Assembly: GCF_002113885.1 (NCBI RefSeq) | Contig: NW_018404512.1 | Coordinates: forward strand, 1,071,642-1,135,641 | Source: Mizuhopecten yessoensis | Taxonomy: Eukaryota | Length of the DNA: 64,000 nucleotides | Direction: 5' to 3' | Part shown: piece by piece, positions 13,400 to 26,849 of the stretch | Layout: every line of letters begins with the position of its first letter | How positions within the stretch are numbered: position 1 is the first letter of the stretch | Notes under the pieces: model-generated | The model's input: only the letters and a program-made list of their open reading frames with translations | Database searches by the model: none | What the model was told of the DNA's origin: nothing | Program-made: the position numbers and the translations under genes

Positions 13400-15320
13400 G
13401 AGCACGTCTTAAAAAAAGGCCAGACTTAAAGTCTTATAAACATAAGGTCAATGTCATTACGCAAGTAAATGTACGGCTCTTTTATATAAGTGGTGAGGTG
13501 TTGCATTAATGAACTGCTATTTTGTTGAAACACTGTCAAAAAATGAAATGTCCCTGTTTGAAAATATGTGGAACTTTCGACTGGGCATGCAAAATGTCCG
13601 AGGACCTGACATGTGAAATTTGTAACACACTGACTTGTACGTGTGCACCGAGGAATGCTGTGGAGTTGGTAATGAGGGACAAAAATTAAAGCTCGGATAC
13701 CATTGCGGAGAGGTATAATAATGAAAGTCCTGAAAGTACATGCTATGATTTGAGGACGGAATATAAATTGCAAGTTAGATCGATTTAATTGATTTAAATG
13801 TAAATCAGCCTGATCAGCAGTCAGAGTCTTTCTGGGATGAATCGGAATAATTCAACCAGCTACTACAGTTTAAAACTCAAGAAATGGACGTTGTCTGGTA
13901 TAGTTTAATACCAATAACAGGGCGTTTTAATTCATCTGTTGATTATAGATGATAAAATCCAGGTCATTCAGTTGTAATGTATTCAAGGATGTTAGTAAAT
14001 TATAGAAAGTGTTTTCCGCTTTTGATTTAAAATCGATTGACTTTTTTTTGCAAAACACTTTATGCACACGTGTACTAACAATTGTATTCAACAATGATGG
14101 GGAAAAATGGAATGGTGTTATTTGTATTTCATTGTTGACAGTGGTTCACAATGTGTAGCAACATTAATTCAAAATAAGTTTAAAGATAATGTTACTGAAA
14201 GCTTGGGGAAAACGCCAAATTTTTACATGTTAAGTTTAAAAACAAATAATGTCTATGCGCCTCATATAACATCGGGCAAAAATGTTTTGTTTAACTTTAT
14301 TGATTAGCAATATGATAACATTGTAACGGCTGGGGATTTTAACACTACCACATCGAATATTGATAGGTGTAGTGCTACAGAAATAAACATAGTTCCGTTT
14401 TTTCTAGTTTCTAGTCTCTAGACCACCGTCAATTTGCGTTCTATTTTTTTCAACGATACATCCTTTTAGTGGCCATGGTTTTGTTACTTTATTTTAAGTC
14501 CTCGAACAAATGTCTTATTTTGCACATTTAGAAAATTACATGCAAACATTGAATATCATTGAAAGCCTAGAAAGTGCCAATGGTGGACTGTTACATGATA
14601 CCAGTGAGTTGTTGATACTTTTTACGAAAATCCTGTACTCTTGTGTTGAAATTGATGAATGTGAAATTTACACTTGATGTAGTATTCACAAAACTGTATT
14701 CGACGAGATGAACAAGTCATTAGGGGATATGCAATTAAGGGTATGGATATGAATAAGAGCTCTGGACAGGATGGTTTAACTGTTACATTTAATTATAGAT
14801 TTTTTCGTGATTTAAGATATGTGTTTCTTCATATACCTGGGTAGACAATGGTGAGCTTCCAAATGCAGTACATTTGGTATAAATAGCCCAAGGTATAAAA
14901 AAGGTGGGAAGTCACAACTGAAAAACTGTCTCCTAAACGTGGATTTTAAAAGTTTCGCAAGGGTTATGGTTGACAGATTGAAATAGGTTTTACTATCACA
15001 TTATCTCGCCATATCATATTTGGTGTATGATTTATTTTTTAAATAGATAATCTATTCTGGCATTTATGGTATAGCGTTAAATGTCGTTTTTTCAAACAAA
15101 TTACTTTCGAAGTAAAATTCAGTTAGAAAATGTTGTCCGCTGTACGTTCTTGTAGTCGAACCGCTTGCCAAAATTGAAAAAAAGAACGTATTTAAAATTC
15201 AAATATGTGATAAATTTGCCGAAGTAATTTCAACATTCGGATGATTCTACAATGACGTTGGTAAAACACAAACCAGTAGAAGAACCTTGTGTTGTGTTTA
15301 GAAATATGGATAAGTCGGAG
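13400..15320 (+). mobile_element. Heavily degraded L1/Tx1-clade LINE (ORF1 zinc-knuckle remnant, APE endonuclease, RT)
   Basis: NNVYAP, AGDFNT..NIDR, NKSSGQDGL, LLNVDFK and VVEPLA motifs occur in order with many deletions. A Cys/Gly knuckle-like remnant lies near 13640-13720. Confidence 0.75.
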
Positions 15321-15807
15321 TCATTATGTCTCGCCCGTGGACAAATGTCAGCTGTAGAGTCGGATGTTTCATGTAAATTTATTACAGGACGCCATCCAAG
15401 TACTAGGCGTTTACCTGGGCCCTAATGATTAATAATGCGAATCGTTTAACTAGAAGTCGAAAGTTGTTGCTTGCAAATGTGGTCGGAGAGACAGGGTCGA
15501 GGATGTGGCCTATATGTGACATTTCTCCTTTTCGCTTTGTCGTCAGCAAAAGTATGCCAAGCGATAAAACGAAAAAAACGAATAGACAAAAACCTGCCAG
15601 AGCGCGTCTTTTCGTGCGCTGTCTTCTCTTCAATAATGTTATCAAAATGATGGTATACATTGTCAGTGGCAGCTATTCCACTGACAATGTATACCATTAT
15701 ACATAAATAGGTTATAGTGTTCATTCTCGAAAGGCATTCACAATAAATATATACGTAGGTAATTTACAAAGTTTTAAAATATCTATTATATTTGTGTTTT
15801 GCCTTAC

Positions 15808-18420
15808 CCTGGGATAGCGAATCAAAGCCTTAGCAAATGATTAGCTAAAGACCTAGCAAAACTTAATTGGTATATGGCGATGTAGTAGCCATGATTAGAA
15901 AATGCACACATTCGTTTTCAATCTCTTTGTTCAACTGTTTTAGATAGTGTTTTTTAACTTTAATTTTGAAGTTGATTTTATTTTTGACTTGATTGATGTA
16001 ATCAGGAAGATTATTCCAGTAGTTTGATGCATCGAGGGAGAAAGTTCTTGCCCTGTCACACTTTTGGTTCTAAAACTCATCAGACTCGATCTTGTATAAT
16101 TTTACACAGTCCTTAATTAAATTGTGGACGATATTTAAGACATGAATGAGTGAGAGGTGTTTTACTCTACACTGTACATCGCGCATGTTGAGGTTTTGTA
16201 ATTATTGTCCTGCAATCAAGTTTTAAGATTAAGAAACCATAATGAACAGGCATAGTCGAAGTGACATTAGATGGGAGCAAAGCAGAGAGTTTTGTATATC
16301 TTATGTAAAAGGCAGTTGCTATTCCTATACATAAAATCAATCTCTCATTCATTCACTTTCCTGAAAACATTGTTTCCTGTCATGTAGTTCATCAGTTAGA
16401 TATTCATCTAATAGTATACCAAGGTATTTTATTTCCGACTGAGATTCAAACTTGTGGACATGAAAGGTTACTGAGAATAAGGTTTCTGGTAGGTTTCCAA
16501 TTTTTCGTTTGGAGTCGAAGGAGATAGTATCTGTTTAACTCAGATGTAAAGAGAGTTTATCATCAAGAAGCAAATTAAGACAAGATTCTAATACTTTTGA
16601 CAGTTTATGAGAGATGACAAGGGGCTTTTTATGTGAGAATAATATTGCATTATCGTCTGCATATAAAATGAGTTTTCAGTCCGGAGCAACACTGATCCGC
16701 ATATCATTGATATATATATAAATACTAAGGGTCCCAATATGTTTCTCTAGAGACGACACACTGTACGTCACCGATCTCAGAGCTTACATCAATACATATA
16801 GACCAGTTTTGTTTTAATATTTATATACTCCTGTAACTTTAGGTTTTTCACACATAAGGTCGTGGTCAACGGTATCGAGGGCTTTCTGAATAGTTCTTTA
16901 TCTGTTTAAAAATGCATGTGATCACCTAGATGAATGAAACACGAGTAAATAGAATGGGAACATCAACAACCTAACTGTAGTTCGTATAGCAAATCATTAG
17001 ATTTCAAAAAGGTTTCAAGCTGCTTGTATACAGGTTTTTCTAAATTTAAATGTATATAATATGTTAGTTACAAATGAAAACAAAAATAATGCCTAAAATG
17101 TTAATGAAATGATGGTGCTCAGCTTTTTGGACATCAAACTTAAAATGGTTTGAAGGCTGATGGCCGTTTGTAATTCCTAGATATCTACCTCAAGTGTAGA
17201 CTTTTCTGAAGTTCATTTGTGTTTTGATTATTCAATAATAGTACAGGTACCGTATTATGGAAGGTAACGTGTACATATATTTTATCTACGATATCCGATA
17301 TGATACTTTGTTTAACTTGTTTAACTGCATCTTTTCCCCCCGTTTTACTAAGATTTGTTACTTTCCTGGACATTTAACTTATGGAATATTGGAAAATAGT
17401 GTCACAAGTAGTTACTGTCAATTAATGTTTTGTAACCAATTGATACTAAATGAAAATTGTAAAAGGACGTTTGAACAAATATACATAGATGCTGGTCTCC
17501 CGCTTAAAATAGTTTACTTACGAATTCTTCGGAATCGCGATCATAAGAAAATATATCTTTTCAAAAAGTTTTTTTTTATCTTAATCAATATGTTCCTGTA
17601 GATAAATCTTACATTCAAATTGACCTGTAATATCAATGGATGATATGTTTTATTTATTGTATGTAACTGCTATGTCTCCATTATAATTTACGGATCCGTG
17701 TTTTATTTATTTTGTTTATCGAGATATTTATTTTGTACCGTGCGAAACGTCAAAGGCCCGAACCCTTGAGCCCTATGTATTTGATATTAAAAAAGAAGAT
17801 AAAAAAAAAACGATACTTACAATATGGAGTCCAGGGTTTGAATTTCGTCTAGTCGCATTGCATCTTTACAGTTATTTTCTTTTTATTAAATCTCATTTAT
17901 TTCATCTTTATAATTTTTCATAAAAATCCCGTAAGGTATGGACTTGTTATCAAAGATGATTTATCAACGCTATATTCATGCCGGATAAAACAGTTTCTAA
18001 CTTGTAGTTACAGGTGATCCTTAAATCATCATTTCTACAACATACACAAATGTTATTGTAATTATAATACAAACCGATGATATACATTATACATAGTTTG
18101 TGTCGTTCCATCACACAATCCTGTTATTCCAGTCCCTGTCTCAATAATACGACTGTTCGTGTCGAGAGTTGTTTTCCAAGTAAAGCTCATTGTACGATGC
18201 GGTGACTCATTACTATTACCGATATGGGATCAAAGGCACATCGTTATTAGTAACGACCATTTATGAATGTCAGTCCTTTCATCAACGAGTTCAGAAAGAC
18301 ATAATCATGTAAGCATCATTAAAATTCCTATTTGTGAGTGTAGAAGATATGGATTCAGCGGAAATTGATATAAAATCTGCGACCACAATAGACACACGGG
18401 TTTATCACACAGCCCTAGCA
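15808..18420 (-). pseudogene. Decayed GAIN/GPS and TM1-TM3 exons belonging to paralogue B (adhesion-GPCR-like)
   Basis: In collinear order: LSELVDERTDIHKWSLL (~18300-18248), IAIPKN, LLVTLFSNI (~17410), VKQSIISDIV..VHVTFHN (~17315-17253), ESE*MRD*FYV...LCSHLM (GPS-like, ~16360-16265), FLILKLDCRTII (TM1-TM2-like) and WLLH..YQLSFARSLA (TM3-like, ~15895-15840). Many stops and frameshifts. Confidence 0.55.
15935..16110 (-). mobile_element. 3'-end fragment of a CR1/L2 LINE ORF2
   Basis: Translates RTFSLDASNYWNNLPDYINQVKNKINFKIKVKKHYL, the typical WNxLP...FK C-terminus. Confidence 0.75.
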
Positions 18421-18997
18421 CTGAACACAAACGTATCTGTGGAACCTTTTCATAATATTGTAAACAGAAAATGTCTTAATCTCATTCCATACATTTGAGT
18501 AAAAGTAGCGTATTGACTATACGTACAAAAAATATCGATGTTGTAGAGAAATTGAAAAAAAGGAGATTTATTTAGTTATAGTTATAGACATTATTTGTTA
18601 TATGAAGGATTCGGATTATTTTTTCGAATAGAAGACTCTATCAACAAGAAACATTGCACTTTATTTTCAGTAATAATGTGCGTTGAGGTAAATTCAAACA
18701 GCTAAACAACTTAACTGGTATCCGTAACAACATGCGTCATATAAGAAATGATACCTATTTGCAGTATTTACAAAGTACTGAATTCAATCCAAACTTAATT
18801 TAGGTGAACATTTTACCTTTTTGATGATTTATTCACTATCCTAGGCTTTTTCTATTCACATATTCACCAAGAACAAAACAGATTACACAATATGGTTTTT
18901 GTAACATGTGCCTATGTATGTGATTGTTATGATTATATGATTAAAACTTTCGATACATTTTTTTATATTACGCTCGTGTGTTTTCAACCTTCGTTGT

Positions 18998-19052
18998 TTA
19001 TGACGCTTCAAAAGTCACAATTGTTAGTCTAAGCATTTCTAAAACTAATTTG

Positions 19053-19107
<55 letters not shown>

Positions 19108-19632
19108 GGTATTGTATCATGATGCAGAAAACTACATTAATATTACATGGTGCTTGTACTGGGGAGTTTGTACAGAACTTACTTATGGTTGTTCCGTCGG
19201 GTGGATCTATAGATAAAAAAATATAGTTTCAATACCAAATATATTTATTATAGTAAATGATTATCAGCTAAATATAACGTTGAAATTTCAGTTGAACCCA
19301 GTATAATTTGTATCGTCGTCGTCGTAATAAGCATCTCCATTATTGTAGTCGCTTACAACATCATTTTTTCATCAACTATCGACGTCGATGTTACAGTTAA
19401 GATTATCGTTTAAATTTCATCTAACAACTTCTTGGTTCTTCAAATAATTAAAGACCAAAAAACACTTATTTTAGAAAACTAACTTATACTTGTTTCAAAG
19501 GAAAAATCTAAGTAACAAAATCAAAGAGAGAATGTGAATTATTAAAAAAGATTATAAATAAGGAGGTAGCTGTAAAAATGTATCTATATATTGCGTTGAA
19601 TTATTTTGAAACGTGTTTGATCAAAACTTTCT

Positions 19633-19673
<41 letters not shown>

Positions 19674-22600
19674 TATCATCATCAGTAAACGTCGTCGCAA
19701 TCTTCATGATTATAAACTTTGATGTAATTACAACCGCTGGTCATTGAAAGAATTAGTGTATCAATAAACAAGATTACCAACATGTATAAATAACAGTATG
19801 TAGAGAACGTACTTATTGTCGTTGTGACGGACGTATCTGAACCTTTATAAACAGAGAAAGAATGTTAGCTATAACGCCAAACATGTTTATGACTACGCAA
19901 TGTTGCAATTTCTGTTAACGGAAATCGGGTGTACATTCAGATAAAGAAAATTAATTACAAGACCAAATATGTTTATTATATTTATCGATTATCAGCATTA
20001 TATAACGTTAACAGTTCAGTTGAATCAAATATATGATTATCGTCGTCGTCATAACAATGTCAATCAAGTATCGTAGTTGTTTACATCGTCACCTGTATTT
20101 ATCAACTATTCTCGCCGATGTTGCAATTATGATCGTTATTATTAGCATTTAATGTTTATCCGATAACTACTTGATATATAGTGCGTCAAATAATTAAAGA
20201 CCAAAAAAAACATTTATTTTAGAAAACTTACTTATAGTCGTTTCAACGGGAGTACCAAAGATCAAAAGCAAAGAAAGAACTTACTCATGGTCGTTTCCAC
20301 GGCAGTACCTACACAATAAACAAATAATAATCAGAGTTAATAGCAAATATATTTATGACAACAAATTGTCTACCTGCTGCAATGTTGCTGTTTCGGTCAT
20401 GCGATTAAATGTCAAATGTTTTTCTTCAAAAACTTCATAAAAATCTCTCCTAAATCTCTACCTCACAGTTAATAACAGTGTGCATGCGACGGCTTTCATA
20501 AACATTTTATTCAACAGAAATGACAGGACAATTTATACTTATCCCACAATACATCAGAAACACCTCTACTGTTTACAGCGGACTGATACAATGTATTACC
20601 AACGAATACAGAGTAGTGCATGAACAAAAAAAGAAATTGTTTGATATGCTATGATTTTACTGCATGCATACTTTTCCTGGTTGAATGGTATATTTCACTC
20701 ATACCATAAAGAGAAAAAATTGAAAGCATTGCTCGCTAATTCATAATGCAGTATTATGTAAACACACCAAATGGCGAAATACTCATGTATTTGGATGCTA
20801 AATATCACAAATGAGTAATGTTCTATATACTGACATCACTAACATAATCTTTAAAACATTGTTCCTGCCTGCAGTAAATATTTTACATTTTATCATACAT
20901 TGTATCTTAACCATATGTAAGATGAACTTCATGCTCAATATGTTATCAGGAATACATAAAGCCTTTATTATTATTATAGTTTCGTCACTATTATACCAAT
21001 GCAAAGCTCCTCATTCTCTTTTATATCGAAGGGTGAAGGAAAGGAAATGCAATCCATGGGTTATTCAGGTTGATTGAAACCAATGGCTTGCCGAAAATAT
21101 GGATGATGGGATTTTGCTATCCTAAACCCCCTTTTATTGAGGGTTGTTATCATTGGAATGGATTTTATCGAACAGAATTCACAAGTCATGTTCTTGATAT
21201 GGAAGGTTTGATTTGCTGAAAAGTAATAGGTGTTTATTTACATGTACATGCTCTTTTCATGTCAAGACAAAGTTTTAAATCTATTTCTGTTATACTAAAT
21301 TGACTTTTTATACCGCACAAAGAATAGACCAGGAACACGAAGCGTACCCCCATTTTGAACCGTTTTCAAAACGCACAATAAGGCTGTTCATTTATATCTA
21401 TGTAACGTCACTTCACGAACATTTGATTAAAGAAGTCTTAATCAGTGGGCTCAAACAGATGAGGGTTGATGTTCAGATATTACTATATTTACAACAAGAG
21501 AAGATCCTTCATTCTATATATTTATAATTTCCTAACATACATGGGACGATTTCTCCAGAAGCCTCTGTTACGTTGTGTCCACTGTCAGGGAAATAGTATT
21601 CTACTGCAAATACAAATCACAAAGCTTATGAAATGGCGTCAAATCAAACACTTTCAATACCATTAGATTGAACGTCTAGAAACACTTTGAATTGTATTGT
21701 CTCATTCTAAGACATTCTAATGAAGGTTGTAACTGTTCCTCGATTTCTTAGAACTGACGTTAAACTTTTAGTAAAACAAAACTCAATTGTGACACCACCT
21801 GATATTGTCCTCCTTTGTTAGATAACCAATGGAGAGAGTTGTTGTGTTTGATAATGAAAAGAATCTGTCAGCCTGTCAATCTTGTAAAATGTTATCGTCG
21901 GTAAATACTATTTAGAGCTGTTATCAATATAACATTATCTGGTGAATTCTTACTTGCAATGCTCAGATTCTTTACACAAACAACGTTGTTTACGGTCGAG
22001 GTAGATTCCTCCACTACTATATGTACAGGCATGTAATACACGTGCATAGTGTAGTACAGACATTCGGATCCCAGGACGTCATAAACACTGGCAAATCGAT
22101 TAATTACGGTACTGCACCTTTCCAGACAGTCAGTCAAGCTTGAGTTCGGGGTTGAGGTGACAATGACATGAGTCTCTGGGTATATATCCTTAATCACATA
22201 GTTTGTTAAATTACCATTCTTTGCCTCATCTGAAAGATCATAAAATGCACTCTAAAAAAATACATGTGTTATCATCATGGGCAAAGGGTTTTTACTTACT
22301 TGGTTAAACTTTACACAACAAGTATATGTTATAAAACAAATACAAAATATGTAATAATAAATTAGGCATGGTTATCCATGTAAATCAAACAAGACAGCTA
22401 GGTAGGTAGGTAGGTATAAGTATGTAGATAGGGACTCAGTTGCTTTGTGTTAGTGAAAATAATGTTTTAATCAATCACCTTTTTGTTTTATACACACAAA
22501 GTAGTGTTTGTTCCCACAATAAGTTGCCAACCAGTCAATTTCCATGTTGTCTAACGTCATGTTAACTGCTAAGCACTGTTGTTCTTCTGATGTTACATTA

Positions 22601-25392
22601 TCAGCCTGTACGCCTGCCATTAATGTGCACGATATCGTCCTGTAAAACGTCTCACCAGATGATGGCTTCGCCATGCCTGTCCAAAGGAAATATGTGTTGT
22701 TCCTTCAAACATCAATGTTGGTTATGATAAGTATGGAATCAGTAATGTGTTATAGTATTAATTTTTATATTGGAGCTTAAGAGGCTGAGAGATAAATGAC
22801 AAATATATTCGATAGTAAAAAAAATGAAATATATTTGATTGCCAACAAATATACTTTGTATACAATATATATAATAAACTGAAACGTAAATGAATGAACA
22901 AAGTATGACAATTATGTGAATAAATATGTCTTCCATACTCATAAATTATTCTGTAAATGTATGCGTATTTCGATATCATTATTTTACCAAATCATTGTCC
23001 TTAAATTCAGATTATTAGTTATCAATATTTTCAACCATTACTGAAAGAGCATTTTGTAGCATTGGTTGCAAACTCACCACCCATCGAGGAAAAGCTGGTG
23101 CCGTATGTAGGAAAAAAACTTCCCGTCGGAACGACCTTGAAGCAAATGCCCTAACTTATTGTCCATACAGTACTGAACGGCTCCAAACCATGTATCCTTA
23201 ACCATCACCACTGTCATCAGCTTATCTGAAAGTATCGCTGGCGTCGCTGAAATATCAATAGCACTCCAGTTTGAAAAAAATGTATCTAATATACTAGAAG
23301 TAAAAAATAACTAATCGTGACTCTTAAAAAGACAAAAATGAGTTCATTGAAGAAGGTGTGGCCATTATTTGCATACAAATGTATAAAGGGTGTTTAACTG
23401 TATCAATGCGCATAGACTTACAATATAGTCCGGTATGAAGGTATCATATAAACTGATATTATTTCCCATTTTGCACTTATATTCATATACTTTGTATAGT
23501 AGACAACCCTTTGATTAAAACAACATCTTATTTGCATTGATTACGGTAAAGGGGAACAAAGAAGAGGGACGATTTAACTAGATAAATTATAGCTATTCAA
23601 TATTTTATTTCATGAAAATAGGAAACAGAAAAACTTTATGAGTCGAACCCAGGACCTTAACGTTGGGGAGCTTACACTTAACCAATAGTGCTTTTCAGGA
23701 ATTGTAAATGTATCGAATCAAATGAACGTCAATTTGTTCAGCCTACGAAAAACCTATCTAGGGGAGTTACTCTAAGTAAGAGTGACTCGTTTTGATATTT
23801 CCCATATAGAGTTAAAAAAAACAATTTTGATTATAACTGTTTTTCGCAGTTATAGCTGATGCAGTGGTAATATATACCTTAATTAAGTCATTGTCATGTA
23901 CATGTACTAATATTAAAAGACAATAAGAACAAACAAAAAAGGAAAAATTGATATATTCAGTTTAAGGGTTAAGTGTGTTATTTATGCCGTGGCGATGTTG
24001 TGTATCAATTATATATATGTAGTAATTAAAATCGTAAGTAAAATGTCTTCCATACTCATAACTTTCTGTTTATGTTTGCGTTTTTCGATATCATTATTTT
24101 ACCAAATCAATGTCCTTAAATTTAGATTATAAGTTATTGATATTTTCAATCATTACTGAAAGAGCATTTTGTAGCATTGGTTGCAAACTCACCACCCATC
24201 GAGTAAAAGCTGGTGCCGTATGTAGGTTACCATGACCAATAAGTCCAATATCCGACTAAATATTGATAAAATATCGTGTATTATGTATGTACCAGATCTA
24301 TTTGTTATCAAGTTGTTATTCACAATATATTCTTAAAGGCATCTAGAATTGGGGTATAACGTGTTACTCTTAACTCCTGTTTATGACGTATGCGTTCGGA
24401 AACCGAAAATGTAATTGAGATCAACGAGATCCCTCAACAATTCCTTAAAGATTGTTACACCTTTGAAAAAGGCATTGATATCAGTCATTATACAAACGTT
24501 ACTATAAAGAACATTTGTTACATAAAGTACGGTACATGTTAGAACAACTGAGCAATATAATATTCAGGAAACATAAAACACATCACTGTAAACACACAAG
24601 GAGATACATCGTTGTATTACCTGTGTAATTGAACATCTGCGATGTTGCCTTGCTGACCATGACTGGAAATAAAACAAAAAATAAGTATAATTCAACAGTT
24701 TGTCGCCTAAAAAAGAATGATATTGAAAACAGCCCTTCAGATTTTTTCGATGTAAGCTGAAGGAGAAGAATATAAAACAGTAAGTGAGTTGAGCACATTA
24801 ACGTAATGATCTGCTTATTGTATAAGCGATAAAGCAAAGGCGTTTTTAACGGCGAGGTCGACACGGCATTATGTTTTCGTCTATCATCTATGACTATAAT
24901 AAAAAAGGAATACTATTCAAGTTCATATTTCAGGCATTTCTATCACAAATGTATGCTACAGGTTAAGCTGTCATATTATTTCTGCAACGCTCTATCAATT
25001 CTACCATAGAACAAGTACTGGTATAAACTTGGTCATTATCAACATATCCGGGCATTACAGAACATATTACTCTTTTGACAGTATTTCAAATATGACTTCT
25101 TTATTTCGAACAGAATACTTCTAAAGGAGTATGTTTTGTTTAGGATTGCATGTAGCATATTAAAACAATCGATATTTTACAAGTAACTTATTAAGTGATA
25201 ATTAACAAATTGATATTTTATAATAAGCCAAATGATACCGCGAAACAAAGGTTAGCTCTAGGCTAGAAACCGTTATTGTATAATTACAAAAGGGCTGTAT
25301 TTGCTACCAAATGTAAGATAAATCTTTAAATTACCTGTATACATGAAGAACAACAGCAACATTAGGGTAGAGATAAGAAGATATCTGGACAT
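18998..25392 (-). CDS. Paralogue B: signal peptide + CTLD + PAN/Apple + micro-exon Ser/Thr stalk
   Basis: Exons: 25392-25335 (MSRYLLISTLMLLLFFMYT), 24662-24621, 23246-23078 (TWFGAVQYC), 22702-22479 (LWTG...CLAVNM..YCGNKHYFVC), 22229-21954 (SLTDCLERCS..VYD...ECLYY), 21603-21541, micro-exons 20308-20285, 19836(or 19842)-19813, 19507-19484, 19206-19183, and tentatively 19038-18998 ending in TAA. All are AG/GT and phase-compatible with no internal stop. Confidence 0.85.
19053..19106. repeat. (ATC)n microsatellite
   Basis: About 18 ATC units. Confidence 0.98.
19634..19684. repeat. (ATC)n microsatellite
   Basis: About 17 units, with one interruption. Confidence 0.97.
23640..23692 (-). other. Degenerate tRNA-like / SINE-head sequence
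   Basis: Minus strand agcactattggttaagtg...aaggtcctgggttcgactc contains an A-box-like segment and the B-box GGTTCGACTC. No acceptor stem is evident. Confidence 0.45.
24044..24226. repeat. Local duplication of 22926-23111 (3' end of CTLD exon + donor + intron)
   Basis: Near-identical text ...cattactgaaagagcattttgtagcattggttgcaaactcaccacccatcgag(t/g)aaaagctggtgccgtatgtagg occurs at both places. Confidence 0.93.
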
Positions 25393-26849
25393 TTGTAAAG
25401 CTGACCAAGTTCCTCCTTTCTCACAAAAACACAAAAAGGGATAATCTCCTTCGGCTTCTAGTCGAGATAAGACTACAGGTTTAGACAAAGAAAAAACAAT
25501 TTATACACCATGTATCGATCAGATCCTGTCAGCCGGAAAAAGTTGGAAACAATACACAGCCAATAGATGTTAGCGAATAAATCCATTAGCTGATTATCAA
25601 CCATTATCGCCAGAACTAGGGCGTATGTAATCCTCAGAAGTAAAAGAAAGAGATTTAAGCATTGGAATTCCCACGTACAATGATTTTAACAGAATTTTTT
25701 TTTGTACTTATCGTGTTTTTCAAAAAGTTTTAAAATGAAAAGCTTGCTCAGAATAACAATGTAGCGTTAGTGATGATAGCAATATTAAGTAGGACAACGG
25801 CGATTGTGTCCCGGGTTAAACAAAACACATTAATTCCTCAAAAACTAATAAAAAATATTCCAGAATTCCAAAAAAAAAAAAAAAAATGTAATATGTCGCA
25901 TAGTTCCCGTGATAACTGAACCACAAGCATGCCGTAACCCCCAGATAACACAAACACGTCATAGTTTCCCAGATAAATAACAAAAAATAGGCCTTTGTTC
26001 CCCGGAGTACTTCTATACGTTTACTTTGGATTTTAAATGACCTGGTTGAGGTTGTTAACGCTGACACGATTTGAATAGCCTATAAATAGCAATGGTTGTT
26101 GATTGCACGATTCAGAAAAAAATGAATGCAAATCCCGGCAACCAAACCGGACTCAGTCATCAGTGACTCCGTTATACGCCTGGCCGTTATACGCCTGGCC
26201 GTTATGCTGATATGCATATTGGAGGCGACATCGTTATCCTCATGATCTACTGACACTGTAGTGTTAATTGCATGAAAAAACCCGAACATGTTTGAAAAAT
26301 CAATTTATTCGGGTAATTGCTTGAGGTTTGATATGAAGAAGTCAATAGGTTTGTTTGATGTGAACATACCGTTGCAGTACTGTCAAGAAATTGACATGGG
26401 TTTGATGTCGCTATGTTTGATGTCAGAGCAGTGAGAACAAAGTGAAATAACGGCAATATTGAAAGTCATGCATAGCGAAGGTGTGATACATTCCCAATAG
26501 TTATGTATTGTGCATATCATACAAGCTTGATGACTGATTTTAAAAGTGTATCATAAAGAAAAATTAATATCACTTTTGAGGTTGTGTATTTAAGTAAAGG
26601 GTGTGGGAAAAAGAGAACTATTAGATGATCAAAAAGAAAAACATACCTAAACGTCAACAGAATGTTTGCCTACTGGCATGTTTCGCTAAAATGGGAATAA
26701 TAAACAAAGCATTTAACATCTGATTACATTTACCAGAGTTTTGATGTGGCAATTACTTGAAACAACACGGAGCAGGTCTACTTACACGGGAGGGACGAAA
26801 AAATTGCATCTCGGACAATGTGACCATACAATAGTACAAACGAAGATTC

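Noticed and set aside
18978-19226. ORF with a poly-Ile 'transmembrane' run
   Set aside because: It is the (ATC)n microsatellite, antisense to the real exons.
23640-23692. Functional tRNA gene
   Set aside because: Only A/B-box-like remnants are present, with no complete cloverleaf.
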